DNA of 64,000 nucleotides from an uncultured Clostridia bacterium (lineage in GTDB: Bacteria; Bacillota; Clostridia; TANB77; CAG-508), in assembly GCA_934130285.1 (NCBI GenBank), contig CAKOXT010000005.1, positions 52,973 through 116,972 on the forward strand. Direction: 5' to 3'. How positions within the stretch are numbered: the stretch's first letter is position 1; the number at the start of each line of letters is the position of its first letter. Of the stretch, positions 37,354 to 47,197 are shown piece by piece. The notes beneath the pieces were generated by a model. The model saw only the letters and a list, made by a program, of their open reading frames with translations, was not told the DNA's origin and searched no databases. Position numbers and translations under genes: made by a program.

Positions 37354-37833
37354 ATGCAAAAAGAGATATATATGAGGAAAATAGTTGAAAAATATTCTGA
37401 TATGGTATATAGAATAGCGCTAACCAGAACAGAAACTATAGAAAATGCAGAAGATATTTTTCAAGAAGTTTTCGTAAAGTTTAGCGAGAAAATGCCAAGA
37501 TTTGAAAATGATGAACATGAAAAAGCTTGGTTTATACGAGTAACAATTAATTTAAGTAAAAATATGAAACATAATGCATGGAATAGAAAAATAGTAACAC
37601 TAGACGAAAATTTAAATTTTGAAAAACAAGAGGAAAGTGACATTTTCTCAGTTGTATGTGACCTACCAGAAAATTATCAAACAGTTATCTACTTATTTTA
37701 TTACGAAGGCTATAAAGTAAAAGAAATAGCAAAAATTTTAAAGAAAAGAGAAGGAACGATTAAAACATGGCTTTCAAGAAGTAGAGAAATGTTAAGAAAA
37801 AAGATTGAAGGAGGGTTTGAAGATGAACAATAA
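37354..37833 (+). CDS. ECF (group IV) sigma-70 factor
   Basis: 159 aa. Region 2 (..AEDIFQEVFVKF..) and region 4 (..EGYKVKEIAKIL..). GGAGG RBS. Confidence 0.8.
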   Translation: MQKEIYMRKIVEKYSDMVYRIALTRTETIENAEDIFQEVFVKFSEKMPRFENDEHEKAWFIRVTINLSKNMKHNAWNRKIVTLDENLNFEKQEESDIFSVVCDLPENYQTVIYLFYYEGYKVKEIAKILKKREGTIKTWLSRSREMLRKKIEGGFEDEQ

Positions 37834-39787
37834 TAAAGAAAATTATAAAAATGCAATGAACCAAATTCATCCAAATGAAAAATTAAAAAGTGATACAGTA
37901 GAAAAAATGGTACAAAAGAAGAAATCAAGAGTGAATGTATTTATAAAATATGCAACAGCCTGTGCAGTATTTGCAATATGTATATCAGTAGGAGCATTTT
38001 ATGTAAAAGATAGAAATGTTCATGAGAATAATATAATACCTGAAACTAAAATAGCACAAGTTGAGGATAATTTACCTAGATTTAAAAATATGAATGAATT
38101 AAAAGAAGCAATAGGAGAAAGTTCTTATAGATATACTACTAAATCAATAAATGGATCAATCACATTTGCAGAAAATGCAATTACAGATAGCATTACTGCA
38201 GCAGATACTTCAACTAATAAAAGTGAAAAAGAGTATTCAAAAACAAATACTCAAGTTGAAAATGTAGATGAAGCCGATATAGTAAAAACAGATGGAAATT
38301 ATATATATTATACAGCACAAGATAAAGTATATATAATAAATGGCGAAAACTTGAAACAAGAAAGTGTATTAGATTTTGAATATGATGACAAGGAAGTTTA
38401 TCCAAAAGAAATATATATTAGAAAAGACAAATTAGTAGTTATAGGTACAGAAGTGACAACAAAGTCAACACAGTATAGTGATAATGAAGAAGATACTTTT
38501 GTTGAATATGCAAGAATAAGAAACAAAGCCAAGACAACGGCTTTAGTATATGATATTTCCAATAAAAGTAATCCAAAAGAAGTTCGCCAGTTATCAATAG
38601 ATGGTGACTACTTAGATTCTAGAATGATAGAAAGTAATTTATATATAGTATCAGCAGAAACTGCATATTATTGTAAAGAAATGGATGATATTGATATACT
38701 ACCAGCAGTAAAAGATACAGCTGTTAGTGAAGAAAGCCAAACAATTAAATGTACAGACATAGCCTATTTTGAGGGAGAAGATACAGATGCATTTATAACT
38801 TTAGCGGGAATAAATATAGATAATAAAGAATCAGCAAATATAGAAACAATCTTAGGATCATGGGCAAGCGTTTACGCAAATGAAAAAAATTTATATTTAA
38901 CACAAGAAAATTATAAATATAGCTATATAACATATAGAGAAAAATGCACTACTACAATATACAAATTCAATTTAGACAACGGAAAAATAAAATTACAAAC
39001 TAAAGCCGAAGTTGAAGGAGAAGTAAATGACCAATTTTCAATGGATGAATATGATGGAAAACTAAGAATAGCAACAACTGCAGGATATGATGATAATACA
39101 GAAAATGTATTATATATACTAGACGAAGATTTAAAAGAAATTGGAAAAATAGATAATATGGCAAAAGGAGAAGAAATTTATTCAGTCAGATTTATAGGTA
39201 AAATAGGATATATTGTAACATTTGAAGAAATTGATCCATTATTTGTTATAGATTTATCAGATCCAACATCACCAACAATAAAAGGTCAGCTTAAAATTCC
39301 AGGATATAGTTCATATCTACATCCATATGATGAAACACATATAATAGGAATAGGATATAATACAAAGTCAAATGGATATGGTGGAGTAGTAAATACAAAT
39401 ATGAAAATGTCAATGTTTGATGTATCAGACCTTAATAATCCAGTAGAAATGTTTAACATAGATATAGGTGGTAATAGAGTAAGCTCAGAAATGTCATATA
39501 ATCATAAAGCATTATTTTATAATAAAGAGAAAGATTTAATTGGATTCGGAATAAGAGATTATTCGAATATATCATATAAGCCAACAAGCAAGTTCATGAT
39601 ATATAAGATTGATTTAGAAAAAGGATTTCAAAATTATGGTGAAATAGAATCACAAGAGTACAATTGGAAAACAAATATAGATAGAGCGATATATATTGAT
39701 AATAAATTATATACATTAGCAGAAACTGAAATTACAGAATATAATTTAGAAAACATGGAAAAAATAGCAGAATTAGAATTAGAATAA
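37823..39787 (+). CDS. Putative anti-sigma factor: N-terminal TM anchor + extracellular beta-propeller domain
   Basis: 11-nt overlap with the sigma gene. TM at about residues 40-60. ..NVDEADIVKTDGNYIYY.. is typical of the secreted beta-propeller domain family. Confidence 0.6.
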   Translation: MNNNKENYKNAMNQIHPNEKLKSDTVEKMVQKKKSRVNVFIKYATACAVFAICISVGAFYVKDRNVHENNIIPETKIAQVEDNLPRFKNMNELKEAIGESSYRYTTKSINGSITFAENAITDSITAADTSTNKSEKEYSKTNTQVENVDEADIVKTDGNYIYYTAQDKVYIINGENLKQESVLDFEYDDKEVYPKEIYIRKDKLVVIGTEVTTKSTQYSDNEEDTFVEYARIRNKAKTTALVYDISNKSNPKEVRQLSIDGDYLDSRMIESNLYIVSAETAYYCKEMDDIDILPAVKDTAVSEESQTIKCTDIAYFEGEDTDAFITLAGINIDNKESANIETILGSWASVYANEKNLYLTQENYKYSYITYREKCTTTIYKFNLDNGKIKLQTKAEVEGEVNDQFSMDEYDGKLRIATTAGYDDNTENVLYILDEDLKEIGKIDNMAKGEEIYSVRFIGKIGYIVTFEEIDPLFVIDLSDPTSPTIKGQLKIPGYSSYLHPYDETHIIGIGYNTKSNGYGGVVNTNMKMSMFDVSDLNNPVEMFNIDIGGNRVSSEMSYNHKALFYNKEKDLIGFGIRDYSNISYKPTSKFMIYKIDLEKGFQNYGEIESQEYNWKTNIDRAIYIDNKLYTLAETEITEYNLENMEKIAELELE

Positions 39788-39792
39788 AAACT

Positions 39793-39886
39793 AAGCACGT
39801 TTGAATAAGAATGTACTGAACCAAAATTATTAGACAAAAAAGTTTAATAATTTGGGTTCACTTCAGAATCAGACGTGCTTTTGTTA
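39793..39886. terminator. Unusually long (about 88 nt) imperfect hairpin acting as a bidirectional terminator
   Basis: AAGCACGT...GAACCAAAATTATTAGAC, A6 loop, GTTTAATAATTTGGGTTC...ACGTGCTT, with T-rich runs on both strands. Confidence 0.55.
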
Positions 39887-39905
39887 TGCAAATATCGAAT
39901 ATAAA

Positions 39906-40052
39906 TTATGCTTGCTTTTCAAATCCTCTATTCATTTTTTCTAATTCCTTGCACTTGATTTTATACTCGATTTGTTGAGTTAAAAATCTATAATACAAAT
40001 ATCCTTGTTCATATTGAGTAGCAGGATTAAACGGATCTTGAAATTCCTCCAT
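39906..40052 (-). CDS. Small hypothetical protein (48 aa), below the ORF-track cutoff
   Basis: ATG at 40052, preceded by GGAGG and a 6-nt spacer. MEEFQDPFNPATQYEQGYLYYRFLTQQIEYKIKCKELEKMNRGFEKQA, stop at 39906-39908, followed by the long hairpin. Confidence 0.35.
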   Translation of the reverse strand: MEEFQDPFNPATQYEQGYLYYRFLTQQIEYKIKCKELEKMNRGFEKQA

Positions 40053-40140
40053 AAAAAACCTCCATAAAATCATTTTTATAAAATATATTCAATAAACAAA
40101 ATAAATATGATAAAATACCCATTATGAAAAGGAGGTATAT

Positions 40141-41907
40141 ATGAAAAGAGAAGAAATTGAGGAAAAGTATAAGTGGGATTTAAGCAGAATGTATAAGACA
40201 GAAGAAGATTTTATGCAGGACTTCAAAGAAGTAAAAGATGAACTTCCAAACATAGAAAAATATAAAGGAAACTTTTTAGAAACAAGTGATAGATTTATAG
40301 AATTCATGAACTTGTTGGAAAAATTAAATAGAAAATTAGAAAAAATGTACACATATGCACATTTAGCAGTTGATGTAGAACCTGAAAATGGTACAATGCA
40401 AAACCTTAGTGCAAATGTATTAGGACTATTAGAAGAAGTAGGAAATAAAACAGTATTTATAGATTTAGAAATACTAAAAGATGAAGAAAAAGCTAAGAAA
40501 ATATTAGAAGATGAAAGATGTAAGAAATACACAAATACAATAAATCATGTATTAAGAACAAAACCACATGTTCTAAGTGATGAAACAGAAAACATATTAT
40601 CAATGGCAAGTGGAGTTTTAGGAGTATCCTATAAAACGTACACAAATATAAGACCAGAATTTGAACCAGTAATTATAGATGGAAAAGAACACTTTTTAAA
40701 TGAAGAAACAGCAAAAGAATATTTTAAAAATCCAGATGAAAATATAAGAAAACAAACATATGAAAAGTTAAATATAGTATATAAAAAATTTGCAAATGTA
40801 TATGCATCAACATTAGAAGGAACAATAAAAAAAGATGTATTTTATAGCAAAGCAAGAAAATTTGAATCACCACTTGCTGCAAGTACTTTTGGGGACGAAG
40901 TAACAGAAGAATTATTTTATAAAGTATTAGAAGCGGCTAATAAAACATATCATCAATATTATTTAGAATACTTAGATGTAGTAAAGAAAGTAATGAATAA
41001 AGAAAACTTACAAATGTATGATTTAAGATATCCTGTAATGAAAGAACCAGACAAAAAATATTCTTTAGACGATGCATTTGAATTAATATTTGAAGCTACT
41101 AAAAACTTCGGAGAAGAATATAGAGAAATATTAGAAAAAGCAAGAACAGAAAGATGGATTGATTATATGCCACATGAAGGAAAAAGACATGGAGCATATT
41201 CATCAGGATGCTATGACTCAAATCCATACATATTAACAAGTTTCATAGGTGACATCGAGTCAATATTTACATTAATCCATGAATTAGGTCATTCAGTGCA
41301 TACATATTTCTCAAATCATAATCAAGATTATGAAAACAGCGATTACAGAATATTTGTAGCAGAAGTAGCTTCTACAGTAAATGAAAATTTATTAATGGAA
41401 CTACTAATAAAAAATAGCACAAATCCAGAAGAGAAAAAATATCTACTATACAAGAAATTAGATGAATTTATAGGATGTTGCTATAGACAACCATTCTTTG
41501 CAAATTTTGAAAATATATTACATCAAAAAGTTGCAAATAATGAAGGTTTATCAAACCAAGCTATAACAGATCTTTATGAAAAATTATCAGATGAATATTA
41601 TGGCGAAAAAGTACAAATACATGAACTTACAAAATATACTTGTTATGGAGTGCCACACTTCTATTACAACTATTATGTATATAAATATACAGTAGGAATG
41701 TGTGTAGCATCTGTAATCGCTAAAAGAATATTTAATGGAGATAAAGAACAAATAGAAAATTATTTGAAATTCTTAAAATCAGGTTCAACCAAGAGTCCAG
41801 TAGAATTATTAACAATGGCGGGAGTAAATCCATTAGATGAAAACTTGTACAAAGAAGCATTTGAAAACTTTAAAAAAGATTTAGAAGAATTCAAATCAAG
41901 TATTTAA
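40141..41907 (+). CDS. pepF: Oligoendopeptidase F (M3B)
   Basis: 588 aa with the HELGHSVH zinc motif and a PepF-like N-terminus. Confidence 0.9.
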   Translation: MKREEIEEKYKWDLSRMYKTEEDFMQDFKEVKDELPNIEKYKGNFLETSDRFIEFMNLLEKLNRKLEKMYTYAHLAVDVEPENGTMQNLSANVLGLLEEVGNKTVFIDLEILKDEEKAKKILEDERCKKYTNTINHVLRTKPHVLSDETENILSMASGVLGVSYKTYTNIRPEFEPVIIDGKEHFLNEETAKEYFKNPDENIRKQTYEKLNIVYKKFANVYASTLEGTIKKDVFYSKARKFESPLAASTFGDEVTEELFYKVLEAANKTYHQYYLEYLDVVKKVMNKENLQMYDLRYPVMKEPDKKYSLDDAFELIFEATKNFGEEYREILEKARTERWIDYMPHEGKRHGAYSSGCYDSNPYILTSFIGDIESIFTLIHELGHSVHTYFSNHNQDYENSDYRIFVAEVASTVNENLLMELLIKNSTNPEEKKYLLYKKLDEFIGCCYRQPFFANFENILHQKVANNEGLSNQAITDLYEKLSDEYYGEKVQIHELTKYTCYGVPHFYYNYYVYKYTVGMCVASVIAKRIFNGDKEQIENYLKFLKSGSTKSPVELLTMAGVNPLDENLYKEAFENFKKDLEEFKSSI

Positions 41908-41952
41908 AAGTAAGAATTCAAATAGAAAATCCGTTAATCATATAAAAAGAAA

Positions 41953-41985
41953 GCATTGTAAACTTAACCGTTTATAATGCTTTTT
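41953..41985. terminator. Terminator hairpin, family copy 1 (GC-N4-TAAAC-loop-CGTTTA-N4-GC)
   Basis: GCATTGTAAAC, TTAAC loop, CGTTTATAATGC, then TTTTT, with an A-run on the 5' side. Paralogous to 42609-42640. Confidence 0.6.
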
Positions 41986-42136
41986 CCCATTAAAAACAAC
42001 TCAAACACGCAAAAAAAAGTTAACATAAAACTTGCAAAAATAAAAAAACGTGTTATAATATACAAGAATCTAAATTGAAGGCATTTGGCAAACCAGAAAC
42101 TTATAGTAAAGCAACTGAAAGAGGAGGGTATGCCCT

Positions 42137-42580
42137 ATGAAGGATTTTAGAAAAGACTTTAAAGCAATTATTGATGGACTATACGCACAAAAAGTTTGTA
42201 AAAAACTTCAGGCTGACGATGTTAAAAAAGTGGAAAAAGCATGGAAAAAGATCGTAGCCAAAAACAAAGATGTGTGCAGAACCTGGAAGAAGAAGTACTA
42301 TGATATCACCAACACAGATTGGATTTTATCGAAGAGCAAAAAGCTTAAAGTATCTGATCATCCGATTGAGATTTGCATCTTAATTCGGTTAATGAACAGC
42401 TTGGAGGATGATAAACCAATAAAAGATAGTGAGGTGGTACAAGATAATGAGAATTTACTCCAGGCTCTTCGGTCTATCAATGATCCTATTGCTGAAAATT
42501 TGGCAACAATTATTATGGATGGAGAGACAATCGATAACATCGATACAGAGTATTTCTTTGAAGTATTCTGTACAAAATAA
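42137..42580 (+). CDS. Hypothetical protein (147 aa), no recognisable family
   Basis: Strong RBS GAGGAGGG. Own promoter TTGCAA-16-TGtTATAAT. A sample at 42241-42300 is 38% GC by hand count. Confidence 0.6.
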   Translation: MKDFRKDFKAIIDGLYAQKVCKKLQADDVKKVEKAWKKIVAKNKDVCRTWKKKYYDITNTDWILSKSKKLKVSDHPIEICILIRLMNSLEDDKPIKDSEVVQDNENLLQALRSINDPIAENLATIIMDGETIDNIDTEYFFEVFCTK

Positions 42581-42608
42581 GATCCTACAAAGCCAAGTGC
42601 CAAAAAAA

Positions 42609-42640
42609 GCGCTATAAACATAAACGTTTATGGCGCTTTT
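42609..42640. terminator. Terminator hairpin, family copy 2
   Basis: GCGCTATAAAC, ATAAA loop, CGTTTATGGCGC, then TTTT. Shared by convergent genes. Confidence 0.6.
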
Positions 42641-42652
42641 CCATTATATAAA

Positions 42653-43702
42653 TTAAGATTTTTTAATTTTGTATATAATTCCACCAATAATAAGAAGGAT
42701 TAATAATGGAATTAAAATTATAAGAAATAATTTAGAGCTATTAGCTTTTACTCCATCGTTTTGTGATACTGAAGGAAGAGTAATATCAGCTATTTTTTCT
42801 TTTACAATATTTTCGGAAATTGTAAATTTGGCATATTTTGCGTCAGAGGCAATCAATATAGTATCAGGTGTTGACACTGGTAAAGATTCAATATTCAAAT
42901 CAACAGATACACCATCAAAATCTTTATTTCCAATAGTAAAATCACTATAATTTTGTTTAAAATAATAAGAGAGTTTTTCACTATCAGTTGTATTATTTGT
43001 TAACAATATTTTTAATGCAGTTAATACAGAATCATAAGCATAGTCATTAAGCTCGGTTGGCTGAGCAATATATATAATTAGATTACCATTTTCATCATAT
43101 GATTTTAAAAATAATAAGCCTTGAGCTTTAACAATTGTATTTTCTTTTTCATATAAAGTTTCATATTCTTTATAAAAATCTTCTTCTTTAATTGAAGAAT
43201 CAATTTGAGGAACAGGAAGTTTTATACTTGGATTAATTTTAAAATCTACTGTGATAGATGAACCATCATCAGAAAGATAGTTTTTTGAAATACCATTATC
43301 TTTTAACGTGGAAAAGCAAAAAGAGTCATCAAAAGCAGCAGATAGCTGTACTCCAGAAGCATTTCCTTGCATAGTAGAAATGGTATCTATAAAAATAGCA
43401 TTTAAAATATCAAGATGTTCATTATTAAGAGATGAATAGGATGTACTAAAAACGCCATCACTTTCATTATATGTATAAATAAGTGAGTCAGAATCATTAT
43501 ACGTTAAAACTATGACGTTATTAGATTGAGTTGATGTAACTTTAACCCCAATATTAGCTAAAGCAGCAACATAAGAGTTATTATTATAATTATCACCAAT
43601 AGTATTAATATCAATATCCGAAGTTTCAAAATCACATTTAGAAATAGGAATAAACATTAATAAAAATAATACAAAGAAAAACAATATTTTATAAAATTTC
43701 AT
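42653..43702 (-). CDS. Hypothetical surface protein (signal peptide + C-terminal TM anchor)
   Basis: 349 aa. Hydrophobic N-terminus, polar S/N/D-rich body, and a C-terminal LFLIILIPLLILLIIGGIIY anchor. Confidence 0.6.
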   Translation of the reverse strand: MKFYKILFFFVLFLLMFIPISKCDFETSDIDINTIGDNYNNNSYVAALANIGVKVTSTQSNNVIVLTYNDSDSLIYTYNESDGVFSTSYSSLNNEHLDILNAIFIDTISTMQGNASGVQLSAAFDDSFCFSTLKDNGISKNYLSDDGSSITVDFKINPSIKLPVPQIDSSIKEEDFYKEYETLYEKENTIVKAQGLLFLKSYDENGNLIIYIAQPTELNDYAYDSVLTALKILLTNNTTDSEKLSYYFKQNYSDFTIGNKDFDGVSVDLNIESLPVSTPDTILIASDAKYAKFTISENIVKEKIADITLPSVSQNDGVKANSSKLFLIILIPLLILLIIGGIIYKIKKS

Positions 43703-43813
43703 AAATAATTACCTCCAATGTATTAAAATAATATAAATAAAAAATAAAAATTTCAAGGAAAAAGGCAGACTAATTGAAAAAAATATTATATAATAATTTA
43801 TGTAAAGAGAAAG

Positions 43814-44461
43814 GTGATGTGGATGAATATATATAAACCCATAATAGGAGAATTAACTGAAGAAAATGATATACACGCATCAATTGAATTATATAAAGAA
43901 AACGGAACAATAATAGAAAATAGAATAATAACAAAACTTGAAGAAATTGATTTAAATGCAGAAGATATTGAATTTGAAAAGTGTATTTTTAGAGATTGCA
44001 AAATAAAAGGAACTTTTGAAAGAGCAGTATTTCATGATGTAATATTCGAAAATTGTGATTTTTCAAATAGTTTATTTATGGAAGGAAGCTTTATAAGAGT
44101 AGCTTTCAAAAATAGCAAATTCGTAGGATGTGATTTTTCAGAATCAAGAATTTACCATATGTCAGCTGAAGAATCTATTTTTAAATATGCGAATTTTTCA
44201 AATACAAGTTTAGAAGAAATTATTTTCAATGAATGTGATCTTGCTAATAGTAGTTTTTCTGAATGTAAAATAAAACATATATATTTCGAAAAATCAAAAT
44301 TAATACAAACACAGTTCTTTAGAACCAAATTAAAAGGCATAGATGTATCAACTTGCGAAATTCATGGAATAGTCACAAGTATAGAAGACATAAAAGGAAT
44401 AATAGTAAACAGTTTTCAAGCAATTGAACTATCAAAATTAATGGAAATAGTAATAAAATAA
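43814..44461 (+). CDS. Pentapeptide-repeat protein
   Basis: Long run of A(D/N)LxX-type repeats (..FENCDFSNSLFMEGSFIRVAFKNSKFVGCDFSES..). The start could be ATG 43817 or 43823. Confidence 0.7.
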   Translation: MMWMNIYKPIIGELTEENDIHASIELYKENGTIIENRIITKLEEIDLNAEDIEFEKCIFRDCKIKGTFERAVFHDVIFENCDFSNSLFMEGSFIRVAFKNSKFVGCDFSESRIYHMSAEESIFKYANFSNTSLEEIIFNECDLANSSFSECKIKHIYFEKSKLIQTQFFRTKLKGIDVSTCEIHGIVTSIEDIKGIIVNSFQAIELSKLMEIVIK

Positions 44462-44476
44462 TGGAGATATATTTTT

Positions 44477-45508
44477 TTGAGTAGACGAGAAAATAGAAAA
44501 TTAGAAAAATTAAAAAAAGCCAGAAAACGAAAAAAAATATTAAAATGTATGGCTTTTATAGTAATAATAGCTTCTTTTTTCTATGTAAGTAATACACCAG
44601 AAAAAGAAGTAAGAAATTTTATAAAAGATAGAATTTCTGCTAAAACTGAAAATACGGTATCAAATGCAACAAACCAAATTATCCAAAATACGACTATAGA
44701 AACAGTTTCAAACGTAATTATCGAAGATACAGAAAAAAATGAAACAGTAGAAAAAGTTGTAGAAGAAAAAGAAAATGAAACCGTAAGAAAAATAGTAGAG
44801 AAATACATAGATAAGAATAATTTGAATCAAGATAATTTTGCTTTTTTCTATTATAACCCAATAACGGATGAAAGTTATTTTTATAATGAGAATTCGTATT
44901 TTACAGCAGCAAGCACTATAAAAGTACCATTAGCTATGATATATTATGATAAAATTAATAATGGAGATTTAACATTAAAATCAACTTTTACATATAACAA
45001 AGAGCATTATGAAGAAGGTGCAGGAACAATAGCAACATTATATAAACCTGGCGAAGAAGTCCCACTACAATATTTATTAGAACAGATGATAGTTAACTCA
45101 GATAATACAGCAACAAATATTTTGAAAACAGGATTAGGTGGAGAAAAGGCATACAGAATTTTAATAAAGCAATACACTCAAATACATCTTCCAAGTGAAT
45201 TTAATGAAGATAACATAACATCTGCAGCATATTCGCTAGATGTACTTAAAAAGATATATAACAATCAAGATGATTATCAAAGACTTATAGAACTTATGAA
45301 AAAATCATCTGGTGGTGGATACTTGAAAAAAGACATAACCAATTGCGAAATTGCACATAAATATGGAAGTTATGAGGGTAATGTTCATGATTATGGAATT
45401 TGCTATTCAAATAATCCATATTTAATAGGAGTTTTTACTAAGAATGTACCCAATGCAGAAAATTTAATTTCAACAATTAATAAAGAAATATTAAGCAGCC
45501 AAAAATAA
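44477..45508 (+). CDS. Membrane-anchored serine hydrolase, class A beta-lactamase-like
   Basis: STIK (SxxK), SDN and HKYG (KTG-like) motifs. N-terminal TM segment. TTG start. Confidence 0.6.
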   Translation: MSRRENRKLEKLKKARKRKKILKCMAFIVIIASFFYVSNTPEKEVRNFIKDRISAKTENTVSNATNQIIQNTTIETVSNVIIEDTEKNETVEKVVEEKENETVRKIVEKYIDKNNLNQDNFAFFYYNPITDESYFYNENSYFTAASTIKVPLAMIYYDKINNGDLTLKSTFTYNKEHYEEGAGTIATLYKPGEEVPLQYLLEQMIVNSDNTATNILKTGLGGEKAYRILIKQYTQIHLPSEFNEDNITSAAYSLDVLKKIYNNQDDYQRLIELMKKSSGGGYLKKDITNCEIAHKYGSYEGNVHDYGICYSNNPYLIGVFTKNVPNAENLISTINKEILSSQK

Positions 45509-45572
45509 ACGTTCTAATACAACCCTTCACAGAATACTATTAAACAAAGTATTCGTAGTGGAGGGTTTCTTT

Positions 45573-45830
45573 ATGAGAGAAATATCAATTGAAGAACGTG
45601 CAGTAAAGCTAGCACGATATATTATAGATTCAAAAGATACAGTAAGAGGAACAGCAAAAAAATTTGGAATAAGTAAAAGTACTGTACATAAAGATTTAAG
45701 TCAAAGATTAGAAAACATAAATCATTCTTTATACTTAGAGGTTCGAGAAGTTTTAGATGAAAATAAAGCAGAGCGACATATCAGAGGAGGTTTAGCAACA
45801 AAAAAGAAATATGAAAAAATGAAAATGTAA
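45573..45830 (+). CDS. spoIIID: Stage III sporulation transcription regulator SpoIIID
   Basis: 85 aa. ..ERAVKLARYII....TVRGTAKKFGISKSTVHKDL..RL.. is an HTH typical of SpoIIID. GGAGGG RBS. Confidence 0.85.
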   Translation: MREISIEERAVKLARYIIDSKDTVRGTAKKFGISKSTVHKDLSQRLENINHSLYLEVREVLDENKAERHIRGGLATKKKYEKMKM

Positions 45831-45900
45831 TATATATTTTATTGACTTTATATATAAATATTAGCTAAAATAAATATATAAAGCACAAAGGAGAAGAAAT

Positions 45901-46347
45901 ATGAAGAATAAAAAAGTAATTATAGTTGTAGTAGCAATTATAGCTATTATTTTAGTATCATTAGCAATATGGTTTGGAATTAGAAAATATAAAATAAATC
46001 AATACACAAAAGCTGATGAATATGAAGTAAAAAGTGAAAAAATAGCTTCTGTAAAATCGGTAGTAGGCGAAAGAAAAATAAAAACGTATTCAAAGAGTAA
46101 CCAAGGAGTTCAAATATTAAAATTAACATTTATAGATAACGATAGCGAAAATACAGTAAAAGAATATATGAATTACTTAAAAGATAATGGAAATTACATT
46201 GAAATGAATATGAGCGAATCAAATAAAAGAAAAATAGCAAATCCATCAAAAGAGTTAATTACAGTAGAAACAGAAATAATAGAGGATGGATTTATACTAA
46301 CAATAGAAGTTGGACCAGGTTCAATAAAAGTTAATAATCCAGAGTAA
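45901..46347 (+). CDS. Hypothetical membrane-anchored protein
   Basis: 148 aa, one N-terminal TM segment. A terminator hairpin follows at about 46349-46381. Confidence 0.5.
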   Translation: MKNKKVIIVVVAIIAIILVSLAIWFGIRKYKINQYTKADEYEVKSEKIASVKSVVGERKIKTYSKSNQGVQILKLTFIDNDSENTVKEYMNYLKDNGNYIEMNMSESNKRKIANPSKELITVETEIIEDGFILTIEVGPGSIKVNNPE

Positions 46348-46392
46348 AAAAATATGGAAGCGTAGGTTTCCATATTTTTTTGTCGAATCATC

Positions 46393-46420
46393 ACACTATA
46401 ATTAAAGATTACATATTTTA
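46393..46420 (+). promoter_or_regulatory. Sigma-K-type promoter candidate for yabG
   Basis: AC-N17-CATATTTTA fits AC-N16/17-CATAnnnTA. Confidence 0.3.
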
Positions 46421-46426
46421 TTATAG

Positions 46427-47008
46427 GTGATGAACATGATTACAGAAACCTTAAAAAATAAAAGAAAAAGCTCTAGCAAGGCAATTATATTGCATTTAGA
46501 CGGAGATAAAAAATATTCTAAAAGAGCATTAAATTATTACAATAATTTGAATTTAAAAGCAGCAGTAGAAAATATCACTGAGAGACAACAACCAATGGAA
46601 GTTGTGTATTTATTGGAAAGATATAAACCTAATATATTAGTAACAACAGGACATGATCTAATGTTTAAAAAGGGACAAGATTTGTACAAAATTGAAAACT
46701 ATAAAAATTCAAAATATTTTATACAAACAGTTAGAAATGCGAGGATGTGGGAAAAATCAGAAGAGAAATTAATAATAATAGCAGGAGCTTGTGAAAGCTT
46801 TTTTGAAGCTATTATGTTAGAAGGCGCAAATTTTGCATCATCACCAGCAAGGATAATGATAGAATATAGAGATCCTCTTATAATAGCAAGTAAAATTGCG
46901 TATACAGATTCAAACAAATATGTAAGTATAAACGATCTAAAACCTTATTTGAAAAGTAATTATAACGGAATGGGTGGAACAAGGGCAAAAGGAAAGAAAA
47001 ACGGCTGA
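46427..47008 (+). CDS. yabG: Sporulation-specific protease YabG (short form)
   Basis: ILHLDGD..., ..NILVTTGHD.., ..IIAGACESFFEAIMLEGANFASSP.. match the YabG core. It lacks the roughly 100-aa N-terminal region of B. subtilis YabG. Confidence 0.75.
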   Translation: MMNMITETLKNKRKSSSKAIILHLDGDKKYSKRALNYYNNLNLKAAVENITERQQPMEVVYLLERYKPNILVTTGHDLMFKKGQDLYKIENYKNSKYFIQTVRNARMWEKSEEKLIIIAGACESFFEAIMLEGANFASSPARIMIEYRDPLIIASKIAYTDSNKYVSINDLKPYLKSNYNGMGGTRAKGKKNG

Positions 47009-47138
47009 CAAAAAGACAAAAAAAGAGAATGTAACAGTATTGTAATATAAAAGTAATATAAAAGAAAAATGAAAAAACAAAAGACACGAAAGCACTGAAA
47101 TATAAAGAAAAGACGAAAACAGGCTTGCTACAACATTT

Positions 47139-47167
47139 TTGACAAAAATCGACTACGGTGGTATACT
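47139..47167 (+). promoter_or_regulatory. Strong sigma-A promoter of veg
   Basis: TTGACA, 17-nt spacer, TGgTATACT, with an A/purine-rich tract upstream. Confidence 0.55.
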
Positions 47168-47197
47168 TAGCCTATCAAAAATGAAGTAGGTGATTAA

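Noticed and set aside
42358-42621. ORFs 42358-42621 (-) and 42429-42617 (+) overlapping ORF 42137-42580
   Set aside because: They have no RBS and lie nested in, or antisense to, the better-supported 147-aa ORF, which has a strong RBS and promoter.
41945-42646. Integron attC sites / gene cassettes as the explanation for the hairpin-flanked one-gene islands
   Set aside because: The hairpin ends have no GTTRRRY / RYYYAAC core sites, no integron integrase is in the window, and the ORFs carry their own promoters.
47009-47135. Purine/A-rich 130-nt tract upstream of veg as a repeat array or ncRNA
   Set aside because: It has no periodicity or secondary structure. It is most simply an A-rich UP-like region and the yabG 3' flank.
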